From contig CASTSB010000002.1 in assembly GCA_949451605.1 (NCBI GenBank), positions 46,654 to 110,653 of the forward strand: 64,000 bases of DNA, in the 5' to 3' direction. Positions 9,926 to 20,034 of this stretch are shown piece by piece. The first letter of the stretch is position 1; each line of letters opens with the position of its first letter. The position numbers and the translations under genes are program-made. Below the pieces are notes generated by a model. The model ran no database searches, was not told the DNA's origin, and worked only from the letters and a program-made list of their open reading frames with translations. This DNA is from an uncultured Bacilli bacterium (GTDB lineage Bacteria > Bacillota_I > Bacilli_A > RF39 > UBA660).

Positions 9926-11167
9926 ATGAATAATGGACAAAAAGACGAAGTAGTATATTTATATTTAGATGATATTATACCTAATAGATTTCAACCAAGA
10001 GAAGTTTTTGATGAAAAAGCATTAAAAGAATTAGCAGTATCTATTCGTGAACATGGCGTTATTCAGCCTATAATTGTTAGAAGCGTTAACGGAAAATATG
10101 AAATAATTGCTGGAGAAAGAAGATATAAAGCAACAGCTTTAGCTGGTTTAACTAAAATCCCCGCAATAATTCGTGACTTAGATGATAAAGAAAGCTCAAA
10201 AGTAGCATTATTAGAAAATTTACAAAGAAAAAATTTAAGCCCTATAGAAGAAGCAAGAACATATCAAAAAATCTTAGAAATAGATCAAATGACTCAAGAA
10301 GAATTAGCAAAAACTATGGGAAAAAGTCAATCTTCTGTTGCTAATAAATTAAGACTATTATCACTTCCTTATGAAATACAGGATGCCTTATTAAAAGAAC
10401 AAATTTCAGAAAGACACGCTAGAAGTTTATTAAATATTCCAGATTCAAAAAAGCAAAAAGAAATGCTAAAGAAGATAATAAATAACAAAATGAGTGTAAG
10501 AAGTTTAGAAGAAGAAATTAAAGCATCTTATCCAAAAGAAGATACATCAGTAGCTAGAGAAGAAAATTTTGTAAATACTAATCCACTTATGCCTACATTA
10601 GATCTTTCTTCTAATAATGATAATTTTGGAAAAGTTACAATAGCTCCTCCAAAAGAAGAGCAAAATGATTCATCAAACATAATTAATTATGGTGAAATAA
10701 CAAATGAAGAAGAAAATATTCCTCCTATGCAATTAAATTTTGATAGTAATGTTGAACCAGTTGATGTTCGTCAAATAAAGGAAAATGCTAATGATATAGA
10801 AAAAAATGATAATGCTCAGGCAGGAAATATAGATTCCTTATTAAATTTAGGAGCAACTTCAAATGGACCTTCTATAAGTGGAGACTCGTTTAATTTTTTA
10901 ACTCCAGCAGAAGGTATTGTGAAAGAATCAATTAATAATGAAGAATTGGAAACAAACGATTATTTTAAACCCCCTGAAGGAGAAGGCTTTAACGATATGA
11001 TATCAATTAACCCAATTGTTGATACAAATGAAAATTATACTATTGAACAGGCAACTGAGAAAATAAGAAATTTAGTAGAAGATTTAAAAAATCATGGAGT
11101 TAATTTAAGTAGTGATGAAATGAATTTTGAAAAATCTTACCAAGTAATAATAAAAATTGCTAAATAA
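9926..11167 (+). CDS. noc: ParB-family nucleoid occlusion protein (Noc-like) with long C-terminal low-complexity extension
   Basis: N-terminal ParB/Srx box GERRYKA and HTH region. Occupies the noc slot between rsmG and soj. The last ~200 aa are N/E/S-rich and lack any recognisable domain. Confidence 0.6.
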   Translation: MNNGQKDEVVYLYLDDIIPNRFQPREVFDEKALKELAVSIREHGVIQPIIVRSVNGKYEIIAGERRYKATALAGLTKIPAIIRDLDDKESSKVALLENLQRKNLSPIEEARTYQKILEIDQMTQEELAKTMGKSQSSVANKLRLLSLPYEIQDALLKEQISERHARSLLNIPDSKKQKEMLKKIINNKMSVRSLEEEIKASYPKEDTSVAREENFVNTNPLMPTLDLSSNNDNFGKVTIAPPKEEQNDSSNIINYGEITNEEENIPPMQLNFDSNVEPVDVRQIKENANDIEKNDNAQAGNIDSLLNLGATSNGPSISGDSFNFLTPAEGIVKESINNEELETNDYFKPPEGEGFNDMISINPIVDTNENYTIEQATEKIRNLVEDLKNHGVNLSSDEMNFEKSYQVIIKIAK

Positions 11168-11281
11168 AAACAAACTTAGATTAGTAATGCTTACTATCTA
11201 AGTTTTTAATTTCAAAAAAACGTTTCAAAATATCTATTTATTTGATACAATAATTATTGAAAATGGAAAATGGGTGATTAG

Positions 11282-12070
11282 ATGGGAAAGATTATATCAT
11301 TAGTAAATCAAAAAGGTGGAGTAGGAAAAACAACTACTAGCATTAATCTTTCTGCATCATTAGCAGTATTAGGAAAAAAAACCTTATTAATAGATTTGGA
11401 TCCACAAGGTAATACAACTACTGGTGTAGGAATAAATAAAGGTGAAATAGAAAATAGCGTCTATGATGTTTTAATTGGAGAATGTAATATTAAAGATGCT
11501 ATGATTAAAACAAAATATAAAAATTTATATATACTTCCTGCCACTATAAATTTAGCAGGATTAGATAATGAATTAGCTGAAAAAAGTAAGCAAGAAGAAA
11601 ATTTTTCTAAAGGTGAACAATTAAAAAAACATATAGAAGAAATAAAAGAACAATTTGATTTTATTATTCTAGATTGTCCTCCATCTTTAGGAATAATTAC
11701 GACAAATGCGCTTACAGCATCTAATTCCGTAATTATTCCAGTGCAATGTGAATTTTTTGCATTGGAAGGAATTACACAATTATTGAAAACAATTATGTTG
11801 GCACAAAAGAATTTAAATCCAACTTTAGATATTGAAGGAGTCTTATTGACTATGTTAGACTCAAGAACTAATTTAGGATTTGAAGTTGTTGATGATATAC
11901 GAAAATTCTTTAAAGAAAAGGTATATAACACTATAATTCCAAGATTAGTTAGATTAACAGAAGCACCTTCACATGGAGAGCCAATCATAGCATATGATCC
12001 AAAAAGTAGAGGATCAGAAGCATATATAAATTTAGCGAAGGAAGTGATTTCAAGAAATGGAAGCAAATAA
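11282..12070 (+). CDS. soj: chromosome partitioning ATPase ParA/Soj
   Basis: 262 aa. Deviant Walker A KGGVGKTTT. Confidence 0.85.
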   Translation: MGKIISLVNQKGGVGKTTTSINLSASLAVLGKKTLLIDLDPQGNTTTGVGINKGEIENSVYDVLIGECNIKDAMIKTKYKNLYILPATINLAGLDNELAEKSKQEENFSKGEQLKKHIEEIKEQFDFIILDCPPSLGIITTNALTASNSVIIPVQCEFFALEGITQLLKTIMLAQKNLNPTLDIEGVLLTMLDSRTNLGFEVVDDIRKFFKEKVYNTIIPRLVRLTEAPSHGEPIIAYDPKSRGSEAYINLAKEVISRNGSK

Positions 12071-12968
12071 TGATAATCAATCAACAACTAAAAGAAGAGC
12101 TTTAGGAAGAGGTTTAGAAGAATTATTTTATAATGAACCTATAAATTATGAAAAGGTAGAAGAAAAAATAATTAGTGAGACATCAAAAGATGAAATAGTA
12201 AATATTAAACTTGATGATTTAAGAAGCAATCCTTATCAGCCAAGAAAAATTTTTGATGAAGATGCTTTAAATGAATTAGCGTCTTCTATTAAAGAACATG
12301 GTGTATTTCAACCAATAATAGTTAAAAAAAGTATTAAAGGTTACGAAATAATTGCTGGAGAACGAAGAGTAAAAGCATCAAAAATTGCGGGAAAAACAGA
12401 AATTCCGGCAATAATTAGAGATTTTGATGATACTCAAATGATGGAAATTGCTTTACTTGAAAATTTACAGAGAGAAAATTTAAGCGCAATTGAAGAAGCA
12501 ATGGCATATAAAAAATTACAAGATACTTTAAATCTAACTCAAGAAGCTTTGGCTGCTAGATTAGGAAAAAGTAGAAGTCATATTACAAATATGCTAGGGC
12601 TTTTGAATCTACCTGAAGCTATTCAAGAACAAATTAGTGAAAGAAAAATAAGTATGGGACATGCAAGAGTTCTTAGTAAGCTAGAAAGTAAAGCTCAACA
12701 AGAAGAATTAGCAACTAAAGTTATAAATGAAAATCTAAGTGTAAGAGACCTAGAAAATATAACAACAGAAAAAGAACAATATGCAAGAACTCATAAAATT
12801 AATAAAACCTATAAAGCAAGTAATGAATACAAATTTGTTCAAGAAGACTTATGTGAAAAACTTGGTACTAAAGTAAAAATAAAAAATAATAAAATAGAAA
12901 TCAGTTTCGTTAATGGTAATGATTTAAATAGAATTTTAGAAATAATGAAAATCGAGCCAAGAGGTTAA
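12057..12968 (+). CDS. spo0J: chromosome partitioning protein ParB/Spo0J
   Basis: 303 aa. GERRVKAS ParB box, HTH. Overlaps the soj stop. Confidence 0.85.
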   Translation: MEANNDNQSTTKRRALGRGLEELFYNEPINYEKVEEKIISETSKDEIVNIKLDDLRSNPYQPRKIFDEDALNELASSIKEHGVFQPIIVKKSIKGYEIIAGERRVKASKIAGKTEIPAIIRDFDDTQMMEIALLENLQRENLSAIEEAMAYKKLQDTLNLTQEALAARLGKSRSHITNMLGLLNLPEAIQEQISERKISMGHARVLSKLESKAQQEELATKVINENLSVRDLENITTEKEQYARTHKINKTYKASNEYKFVQEDLCEKLGTKVKIKNNKIEISFVNGNDLNRILEIMKIEPRG

Positions 12969-12969
12969 T

Positions 12970-13788
12970 ATGATAAAATTATTTAACCTTGAAATAAATT
13001 TAAAATTAATAATTTTACCATTAATATATATAATAATAGGAATTATTGTATATGAATTATTAAGAAAGATAATAACTAAGATTACAGTTAATAATAAAAA
13101 ATACAACTTAAAGAATCATCAAAAACAAAGAATTGATACATTAAGAATTTTAATATTAAACATAGTTAAATATATTACAGTAATTATTGTTGTCTTAATG
13201 ATATTAGGAACATTCGGAGTTAATGTAAGTTCTATTTTAGCAGGTCTTGGAATTACAACAGCCATTATTGGATTAGCATTTCAAGATTTAGCAAAAGATA
13301 TAATTGCAGGATTTTCTATTATTACAGAAGCCCAATATGAAGTCGGTGATACAATAGAAGTAGATGGCTTTATGGGAGAAGTAGTATTTTTGGGTCTTAA
13401 AACTACAAGAATAAGAAATTATAAAGGTGCAACAAAGATAATATCAAATCATAATATGGATAAAATAATTAATTATAGCCTTAATAATTCTTTAGCAATT
13501 GTTGATGTAAGTGTGGATTATAATGAAAATTCAGATAAAGTAGAGAAGATTTTAAATGAGGTGGCAGAACGTCTTAATGGTACTATTGAAGAAGCAACTG
13601 GAGAAATTCAAGTTATTGGATTAACATCTTTAGATGATTCAAGTATTAATTATAGAGTAACATTAGAAACAAATGCTATGCAACATTATGCAGTAGAAAG
13701 ACTATTAAAAAAAGAGATTAAAAAAGCTTTCGATAAGGCAAAAATAAAAATACCTTTCCCACAAATAGAGGTTCACAATGGAAAATAA
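12970..13788 (+). CDS. small-conductance mechanosensitive channel (MscS family)
   Basis: 272 aa. N-terminal transmembrane helices, then the MscS beta-domain pattern (GDTIEVDGFMGEVVFLGLKTTRIRNYKG). Confidence 0.7.
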   Translation: MIKLFNLEINLKLIILPLIYIIIGIIVYELLRKIITKITVNNKKYNLKNHQKQRIDTLRILILNIVKYITVIIVVLMILGTFGVNVSSILAGLGITTAIIGLAFQDLAKDIIAGFSIITEAQYEVGDTIEVDGFMGEVVFLGLKTTRIRNYKGATKIISNHNMDKIINYSLNNSLAIVDVSVDYNENSDKVEKILNEVAERLNGTIEEATGEIQVIGLTSLDDSSINYRVTLETNAMQHYAVERLLKKEIKKAFDKAKIKIPFPQIEVHNGK

Positions 13789-13978
13789 TTTAAAATATGA
13801 CATTGGAACAAAAGTTATTATGAAAAAACAGCATCCCTGTGGAAGTAATGAGTGGGAAATTACTAGAGTAGGTGCTGATATAAAGATTAAATGTCTAAAT
13901 TGTGGAAGAACAATTCTAATTCCAAGAATAGAGTTTAACAAAAAACTAAAAAAAATAATTTCACAGGAAGGACAATAA
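13778..13978 (+). CDS. DUF951 (YyzM-like) small protein
   Basis: 66 aa. CGSNEW...CLNCGR zinc-ribbon-like pattern. B. subtilis has yyzM in the same neighbourhood. Confidence 0.55.
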   Translation: MENNLKYDIGTKVIMKKQHPCGSNEWEITRVGADIKIKCLNCGRTILIPRIEFNKKLKKIISQEGQ

Positions 13979-13979
13979 T

Positions 13980-15575
13980 ATGAAAGATAAAAAGAGATTG
14001 AAATTAAAAAAATTCTATTTTCATCCAATAACTGTATTTTTGTTTGCATCACTTATGGTTATTATACTAAGTGGCATCCTTTCAAGTCTTGAAATACAAG
14101 CAACATATAATGTTATTAATGAAAATACTTATGAATTAGAGCCAACACTTGTTGCAGTAGAAAGTTTATTAAATTATGATGGTATAAAATTTATTATAAG
14201 TAACGCCGCTAAAAACTTTTTGAGTTTTGGTCCTTTAGTAAGTTTAATAATATCATTAATAGGTATATCAGTAGCAGAAGCTTCTGGAATGATTGAAGTA
14301 TTCTCTAAAAAGTATTTGAAGAAAATACCAAAACCAACATTAACATTTTTAATTATTCTACTAGCAACTATTTCATCATTAATAAATGACGTAGGTTATG
14401 CTATATTAATTCCATTAATTGCTCTAATTTACTTCATAATTGAAAGAAATCCAATTTTAGGAATAGTCACAACATTTTGTGGAGTATCATTTGGTTATGG
14501 CATTTCAATATTTGTTGGATCAACAGAAGCTGCTCTAATAGGCTATACAAAAAGCGCTGCTATGTTAATTGATGAAAACATTCATATTGCTTTAACAAGT
14601 AACTTAATATTTATAATTGTTGCTTCAATAATATTATCATTAATAGGAACAATAATTATTGAAAAGATTATTTCACCAAAGATAGGCAAATACAAAAAAG
14701 AAGATGAATTTGCTACTACTGAACAATATCGAGTAATAAATTTAGAGGAAGAAGAACAAAAACAAATAGAAAAAGAAAAATACGAAAAAAGAGGTTTAAG
14801 ATTTTCTTTAATTATTGCTTTAATCGTATTATTTATATTTGTATATTCTTTAATACCAAATTTACCTTTCTCAGGAATGTTATTAGATATGTCTGAAAAT
14901 ACATATTTGAATCAATTATTCGGGAAAAATTCATATTTTCAAGATGGATTTACTTATATGATTGCAATATTCTTTGTTCTTGTAGGAATTGCTTACGGAA
15001 TAGGATCAAAATCACTTAAAAGTGATAAAGACTTAATTGAAAAAATAAATCATAATTTTTCTACAATAGGAAGTTCAATACTTTTAATGTTTGTAGTATC
15101 CCAATTTATAGCAATTTTTAAGCAAACTAATATTGGAATCATTATAGCTTCTTGGTTAGCAAACATCTTGAATAATTTAAATATAAGTGGAATTCCATTA
15201 ATTATAGTTACTTTAATTTTCATTGCACTTGCAAACTTTACTTTAACTGGATCTGCAAATAAATGGTTAATTTTTTCTCCAGTAGTAGTACCTATGTTTA
15301 TGCAATCAAACATTTCTCCACAATTTGCTCAAATAGTTATGCGAGCTGGAGACTCTATGACTAATGGATACACACCGATACTTGCATCATTTGTAATATA
15401 TATTGCTTATTTAAATATTTACAATTTAAATAAAGCAAAACCTTATTCAATAAAAAAATCCTTAAATTTAATAACTCCATACTTTATTTTAATATCAATA
15501 ACATGGATTTTATTAGTAGTAGGATGGTATATTATTGGATTACCAATAGGTCCAGGAGTTTATCCGACATTATAA
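13980..15575 (+). CDS. polytopic membrane transporter (AbgT/YfcC-like, uncertain family)
   Basis: 531 aa with about 12 predicted hydrophobic segments. No family-diagnostic motif recognised. Confidence 0.4.
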   Translation: MKDKKRLKLKKFYFHPITVFLFASLMVIILSGILSSLEIQATYNVINENTYELEPTLVAVESLLNYDGIKFIISNAAKNFLSFGPLVSLIISLIGISVAEASGMIEVFSKKYLKKIPKPTLTFLIILLATISSLINDVGYAILIPLIALIYFIIERNPILGIVTTFCGVSFGYGISIFVGSTEAALIGYTKSAAMLIDENIHIALTSNLIFIIVASIILSLIGTIIIEKIISPKIGKYKKEDEFATTEQYRVINLEEEEQKQIEKEKYEKRGLRFSLIIALIVLFIFVYSLIPNLPFSGMLLDMSENTYLNQLFGKNSYFQDGFTYMIAIFFVLVGIAYGIGSKSLKSDKDLIEKINHNFSTIGSSILLMFVVSQFIAIFKQTNIGIIIASWLANILNNLNISGIPLIIVTLIFIALANFTLTGSANKWLIFSPVVVPMFMQSNISPQFAQIVMRAGDSMTNGYTPILASFVIYIAYLNIYNLNKAKPYSIKKSLNLITPYFILISITWILLVVGWYIIGLPIGPGVYPTL

Positions 15576-15580
15576 AAAAA

Positions 15581-15608
15581 CTTCACATCTATAAATGTGA
15601 AGTTTTTT
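15581..15608. terminator. bidirectional rho-independent terminator between convergent genes
   Basis: CTTCACATctataaATGTGAAG (8-bp perfect stem) flanked by A-run and T-run. Confidence 0.7.
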
Positions 15609-15612
15609 ATTT

Positions 15613-16800
15613 TTAATCATCAGATAAATTGTCAAAATATCCTTGTATGAATACAACAGGTGTTCCCTTATCACCACTACCACTAGTTAGATCACATAAA
15701 GAACCAATTAAATCTGTAAGTCTTCTAGGAGTAGTACCTTGAGTAATCATTTTTCCTTTCAAATTACTATCTTTTTGTTTAATTTCATTCTTTATTGCTT
15801 CCTTTAATTCATCTCCTCTTAAATCAGGGTATTTATTATCAGAAACAAATTTTAATTTTATCTCATTAGGTGTACCTTCTAAACCGTTTGTATAAAAAGG
15901 AGAAACAACAGGATCTGCAAGTTCCCATATTTTTCCAACAGGATCCTTAAAAGCACCATCTCCATATACCATTACTTCAATATCACAAGAAGTTAATTTT
16001 TTTAGCCTTTTTTGAATATTCTCTACTAATTCTTGACCATCCTTAGGAAATAATTTAATTCTTTCTTCTGTAGCTTTATTTGAACCAAGCAATCCATATT
16101 TAGGATTACATCCACTTCCATCAACAGGTGCATTTAAAATTTCATATAGACCTAAAACTTTAGCTCCATTCATTTCTAAATTTTTTTTAGTTTTATACCT
16201 TGTATGAATATCACAAGTTATAATATTATTAGTATACTTTAAAATATCATTAGCATTATTAGATAAAATAAATTCGGCTTTACATCCTTCTTTTTCAATT
16301 AACTCACGATAGAAATCAATCATATTAATACCAGTGAATGGATGAAGCCAATCTCCAAAGTTTTCATTATATTCTTTTTCTGTGATAATACTTTCTAAAG
16401 AAAATTTGCTATTATCAAGTTTTTCTTCATCTAATATTGCATTTCCTACCTCATCACTAGGAAATGATAATTGAACATAAAGCTTTTTTGTACTTCTAGC
16501 AATTCCTTTCAAAATAATAGAAAACCTATTTCTACTAAGTATAGGAAAAACTATTCCTAATTCTTCAGGATTATCAAATTTATTTTTAATATCCAATGAA
16601 ACATCATCTACAGTTGCATAGTTTCCTTCACTAATGCCAACTACAGCTTCAGTTATAGCTACTACATCACGATTTTTAAACTTAAATCCTTCAGATTTTT
16701 GCGCTTCCAGCAAAGAATTAACTACTATTTCTTCTAAATTATCTCCTTCCTTAATTATTGGAGTACGAATTCCACGTACAACAGTTCCAACATTTCTCAA
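15613..16800 (-). CDS. CofE-like (F420-0:gamma-glutamyl ligase fold) domain protein
   Basis: N-terminus VGTVVRGIRTPIIKEGDNLEEIV...RDVVAITEAVVGISEGN matches the CofE/FbiB N-terminal signature. At 395 aa it is longer than canonical CofE. Confidence 0.45.
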   Translation of the reverse strand: MRNVGTVVRGIRTPIIKEGDNLEEIVVNSLLEAQKSEGFKFKNRDVVAITEAVVGISEGNYATVDDVSLDIKNKFDNPEELGIVFPILSRNRFSIILKGIARSTKKLYVQLSFPSDEVGNAILDEEKLDNSKFSLESIITEKEYNENFGDWLHPFTGINMIDFYRELIEKEGCKAEFILSNNANDILKYTNNIITCDIHTRYKTKKNLEMNGAKVLGLYEILNAPVDGSGCNPKYGLLGSNKATEERIKLFPKDGQELVENIQKRLKKLTSCDIEVMVYGDGAFKDPVGKIWELADPVVSPFYTNGLEGTPNEIKLKFVSDNKYPDLRGDELKEAIKNEIKQKDSNLKGKMITQGTTPRRLTDLIGSLCDLTSGSGDKGTPVVFIQGYFDNLSDD

Positions 16801-16924
16801 AAATTAACCACCTTCCCAATTAATTATAGCAGACTCCACTCTTTTAATCTATAAATAAAACAGATTTTACTTTAATTATAGTTAATGCTATAATATTGTC
16901 GGACAAAGAAATGAGGTTGAAAAT

Positions 16925-18025
16925 ATGAGTTTAACAGCAGGAATAGTAGGCTTACCAAATGTTGGAAAATCAACATTATTTAATGCAATTACTAATCAAA
17001 AAATTTTAGCAGAAAATTATCCATTTGCAACAATTGAACCTAATAAAGGAATAGTAACAGTAAAAGATGAAAGAATGGATAAATTAAAAGAAATGTACAA
17101 TCCAGAAAGATTTATACCAACAGCTTATGAATTTACAGATATAGCAGGATTAGTTAAAGGTGCTAGTAAAGGAGAAGGTCTAGGAAATAAATTTTTATCA
17201 CACATAAGAGAAGTGGATGCTATTGTAGAAGTAGTAAGATGTTTCAATGATGGAAAAATAATTCACGTAGATGGTAATATTGACCCCATAAGAGATATTG
17301 AAACTATAAACTTAGAACTTGCTATTGCAGATTTAGATATTATAAATGGTCGCCTTGAAAGAGTATCAAAAAAGGCTAGAACTACAAAAAATAAAGATGA
17401 TTTATTGGAAGTAGAAGTTTTAGAAAGATCAAAGAAAGCTTTAGAAGAAAATATTCCATTAAGAAGGTTAGATTATACTGAAGAAGAATTAAAATTAATC
17501 AAATCATATAGTTTTCTAACTTTAAAGCCAATAATTTACTTAGCAAATATCAAAGAAGATGAACTTATCGAAGAAGATAACGAATATGTTAAAGCAGTAA
17601 AGGATTACGCAAATAAAGAACATTCTAAAGTAATCAGTTTATGTGCAAAAATAGAAGAAGAATTAAGTGAATTAACAGAAGAAGATAAAAAAGAAATGCT
17701 AGATGGACTAGGGTTAGATGGATCAGGCTTAGAAAGATTAGTAAGAGCAACATATGATATTTTAGGACTAGCAACATATTTTACTGTAGGAAAAGATGAA
17801 GTAAGAGCTTGGACTTTTAAAAAGGGAATGAACGCTAAGCAATGTGCAGGTATAATTCATACTGATTTTGAAAAAGGATTTATAAAGGCAGAAGTAATGT
17901 CGTACTCTGATTTAATTGAGCAAGGAAATGAACTTAAGGTTAAAGAAGCAGGAAAAGCAAGATTAGAAGGAAAAGATTATATTATGCAAGACGGTGATAT
18001 TTGTCACTTTAGGTTTAATGTATAA
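16925..18025 (+). CDS. ychF: ribosome-binding ATPase YchF
   Basis: 366 aa. [16 protein letters not shown]-terminal TGS domain. Extended -10 TGCTATAAT at 16886-16894. Confidence 0.9.
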   Translation: MSLTAGIVGLPNVGKSTLFNAITNQKILAENYPFATIEPNKGIVTVKDERMDKLKEMYNPERFIPTAYEFTDIAGLVKGASKGEGLGNKFLSHIREVDAIVEVVRCFNDGKIIHVDGNIDPIRDIETINLELAIADLDIINGRLERVSKKARTTKNKDDLLEVEVLERSKKALEENIPLRRLDYTEEELKLIKSYSFLTLKPIIYLANIKEDELIEEDNEYVKAVKDYANKEHSKVISLCAKIEEELSELTEEDKKEMLDGLGLDGSGLERLVRATYDILGLATYFTVGKDEVRAWTFKKGMNAKQCAGIIHTDFEKGFIKAEVMSYSDLIEQGNELKVKEAGKARLEGKDYIMQDGDICHFRFNV

Positions 18026-18039
18026 AAAAGGAAAAGAAT

Positions 18040-18819
18040 ATGAGTTTAAATACGAAAATAAAAATATTTGAAACAGGTATATCTGAAGGAATTTTTAGTA
18101 GAAACAAAAAATTTTATGACAGTTCTTTAAATGAAGAAGAAATAAATAATATTTTTGACAAGGTAAAAGAAAATGTAGGAAAAAAATATGGTTTCAATGG
18201 TAAACATATTTTTCAAGCTTTACAAAAAACTGATACAAATAAAATTAATTACCCTGATGGAAAATACGTTGTACTTGATGATTCATATATGGATGACAGC
18301 GATTATTTTAAAAAAAATATAGAAACAGATATTTTAATAATTAGTGAAAAATATAAAAACATAGTAGTAGGAAATCAAATGGCGGATTGTCCTATCGTAA
18401 TAGTAGAAGACAGAAAAAAAGGTGTTAGTGCTTTATCTCATTGTGGTGCAACATACATTAATAGAGAACTACCAATTCAAACAGTACAAGCTTTAACTAA
18501 GGAATATAATTCTAATTTAGAAGATCTATATGTATATATTGGAAGTTGCGCTAAAAAAGAAAATTACATTTATGACCAATATCCAAATTGGGCAACAAAC
18601 AAAGCAGTATGGGAAAATAATATCGTAAAAAAATCAGATGGATATCATATTGATATGAATAGTGCCATAGAAAATCAATTAAAAAGAATGGGTATTAAAA
18701 ATATCCTATCGAGTGATATTGATACAATAACTAATGATAATTATTATTCTCATAGAGCTTTTATGTTAGGTAATGAAAAGAAAAAAGGACAAAATTTTGT
18801 AGGTTTTTTCTATAATTAG
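18040..18819 (+). CDS. PgeF/YfiH-family (DUF152) protein
   Basis: MADCPIVIVEDRKKGVSALSHCGATYI resembles the xADCxPVxx...HAGWRG core. The C-terminal YYSHRAFMLGNEKKKGQNF resembles the family tail. Confidence 0.4.
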   Translation: MSLNTKIKIFETGISEGIFSRNKKFYDSSLNEEEINNIFDKVKENVGKKYGFNGKHIFQALQKTDTNKINYPDGKYVVLDDSYMDDSDYFKKNIETDILIISEKYKNIVVGNQMADCPIVIVEDRKKGVSALSHCGATYINRELPIQTVQALTKEYNSNLEDLYVYIGSCAKKENYIYDQYPNWATNKAVWENNIVKKSDGYHIDMNSAIENQLKRMGIKNILSSDIDTITNDNYYSHRAFMLGNEKKKGQNFVGFFYN

Positions 18820-18820
18820 G

Positions 18821-18871
18821 TAGACATAGAAAAAATAATTTGCTATAATACATGCGAGTATTTTAATACTC
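18821..18871 (+). promoter_or_regulatory. rpsF promoter and leader hairpin
   Basis: TAGACA (18821-18826), 17-bp spacer, then TGCTATAAT (18841-18849). Leader hairpin GAGTATtttaATACTC at 18856-18871, possibly the S6:S18 autoregulatory element. Confidence 0.4.
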
Positions 18872-18918
18872 CTTGCTACTTTTAATGAGTGGCCAATAGT
18901 CCAAAAGGAGGTGTGAGA

Positions 18919-19206
18919 ATGAATAAATATGAAATTATGTTCATCGTAAGACCAGACATGGAGGAAGCAGAAATAAGAAAAACTGCTGAAGAAATGAAAA
19001 AGGTTTTAGATAATGGACAAACTACTTTCGTTGAAGAAAAAAATATGGGGCAAAGAGAATTAGCTTATGAAATTAAGAAATTCAAAACAGGTTACTATTT
19101 CTTATATGTAGTTGAAGCAAATACTGACGTTGTTAATGAATTTGACCGTGTAGTTAGAATTAGCGAAAATGTTATTAGACATTTAATAGTAAAAGTAGAA
19201 GACTAA
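18919..19206 (+). CDS. rpsF: 30S ribosomal protein S6
   Basis: MNKYEIMFIVRPD is the canonical S6 N-terminus. Start chosen at the ATG after RBS AAAGGAGGTG; the track ORF begins 30 nt upstream. Confidence 0.85.
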   Translation: MNKYEIMFIVRPDMEEAEIRKTAEEMKKVLDNGQTTFVEEKNMGQRELAYEIKKFKTGYYFLYVVEANTDVVNEFDRVVRISENVIRHLIVKVED

Positions 19207-19224
19207 TAGAAAAAGAGGTAATTT

Positions 19225-19710
19225 ATGAATAGAGTTTTTTTAATAGGAAGATTAACAAGAGATCCTGAACTAAGATATACAGGAAGCAATTTACCAGTAG
19301 CTACATTCTCATTAGCTGTTAATAGAAATTTTTCTAATCAAAGTGGTGAAAGAGAAGCTGATTTTATTAATATAGTTGTTTGGAGAAAACAAGCTGAAAA
19401 TGTTAAAAACTATCTAACTCAAGGTAGTCAAGTAGCAGTTGAAGGTCGCATTCAAACTAGAAGCTATGATGATCAAAATGGTCAAAAAAGATATATTACA
19501 GAAGTTGTTGCTGATAATGTTGAATTTTTAGGATCAAAGAATTCCTCAAATAATTCTAATAGTGTAAATGGTGCTGCTTCAAATAATGCAGGACCAAGTC
19601 CTTATGATTTTGGAACTTCACCAGAACCAAAAGGAACAGATGTAGATAGTAATCCATTTGCTGATTTTGGATCAAGTATCGAAATTAGTGATGACGAATT
19701 ACCTTTCTAA
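19225..19710 (+). CDS. ssb: single-stranded DNA-binding protein
   Basis: OB-fold N-terminus MNRVFLIGRLTRDPELRYT, acidic tail DDELPF. Confidence 0.9.
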   Translation: MNRVFLIGRLTRDPELRYTGSNLPVATFSLAVNRNFSNQSGEREADFINIVVWRKQAENVKNYLTQGSQVAVEGRIQTRSYDDQNGQKRYITEVVADNVEFLGSKNSSNNSNSVNGAASNNAGPSPYDFGTSPEPKGTDVDSNPFADFGSSIEISDDELPF

Positions 19711-19730
19711 TTTAAAAAGGAGGATACAAA

Positions 19731-19946
19731 ATGGCAGAATTTAATAAAAGAAAGAAAAAAATCTGTATGATGTGTGCAGGTAAGCCAGTTGACTATAAAG
19801 ATCCAGAAACATTAAAAAGATATACTAATGAAAAAGGAAAAATAGTTCCAAGAAGAGTAACTGGAAACTGTGCATTACATCAAAGATATATTTCAAAACA
19901 AGTAAAAAGAGCACGTGCAATCGCATTAATGCCTTATTCAAGATAA
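19731..19946 (+). CDS. rpsR: 30S ribosomal protein S18
   Basis: 71 aa. [10 protein letters not shown]...DYKD is typical of S18. Confidence 0.9.
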   Translation: MAEFNKRKKKICMMCAGKPVDYKDPETLKRYTNEKGKIVPRRVTGNCALHQRYISKQVKRARAIALMPYSR

Positions 19947-19948
19947 TA

Positions 19949-19979
19949 AAAAGCATACCTTTAGGGTATGCTTTTCTTA
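19949..19979 (+). terminator. rho-independent terminator after rpsR
   Basis: AAGCATACCtttagGGTATGCTT followed by TTCTTATT. Confidence 0.65.
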
Positions 19980-20034
19980 TTAGACAAAATTAACAAATTA
20001 TTATATAATAAGATTGATTTGACAGGAGGAAAGA

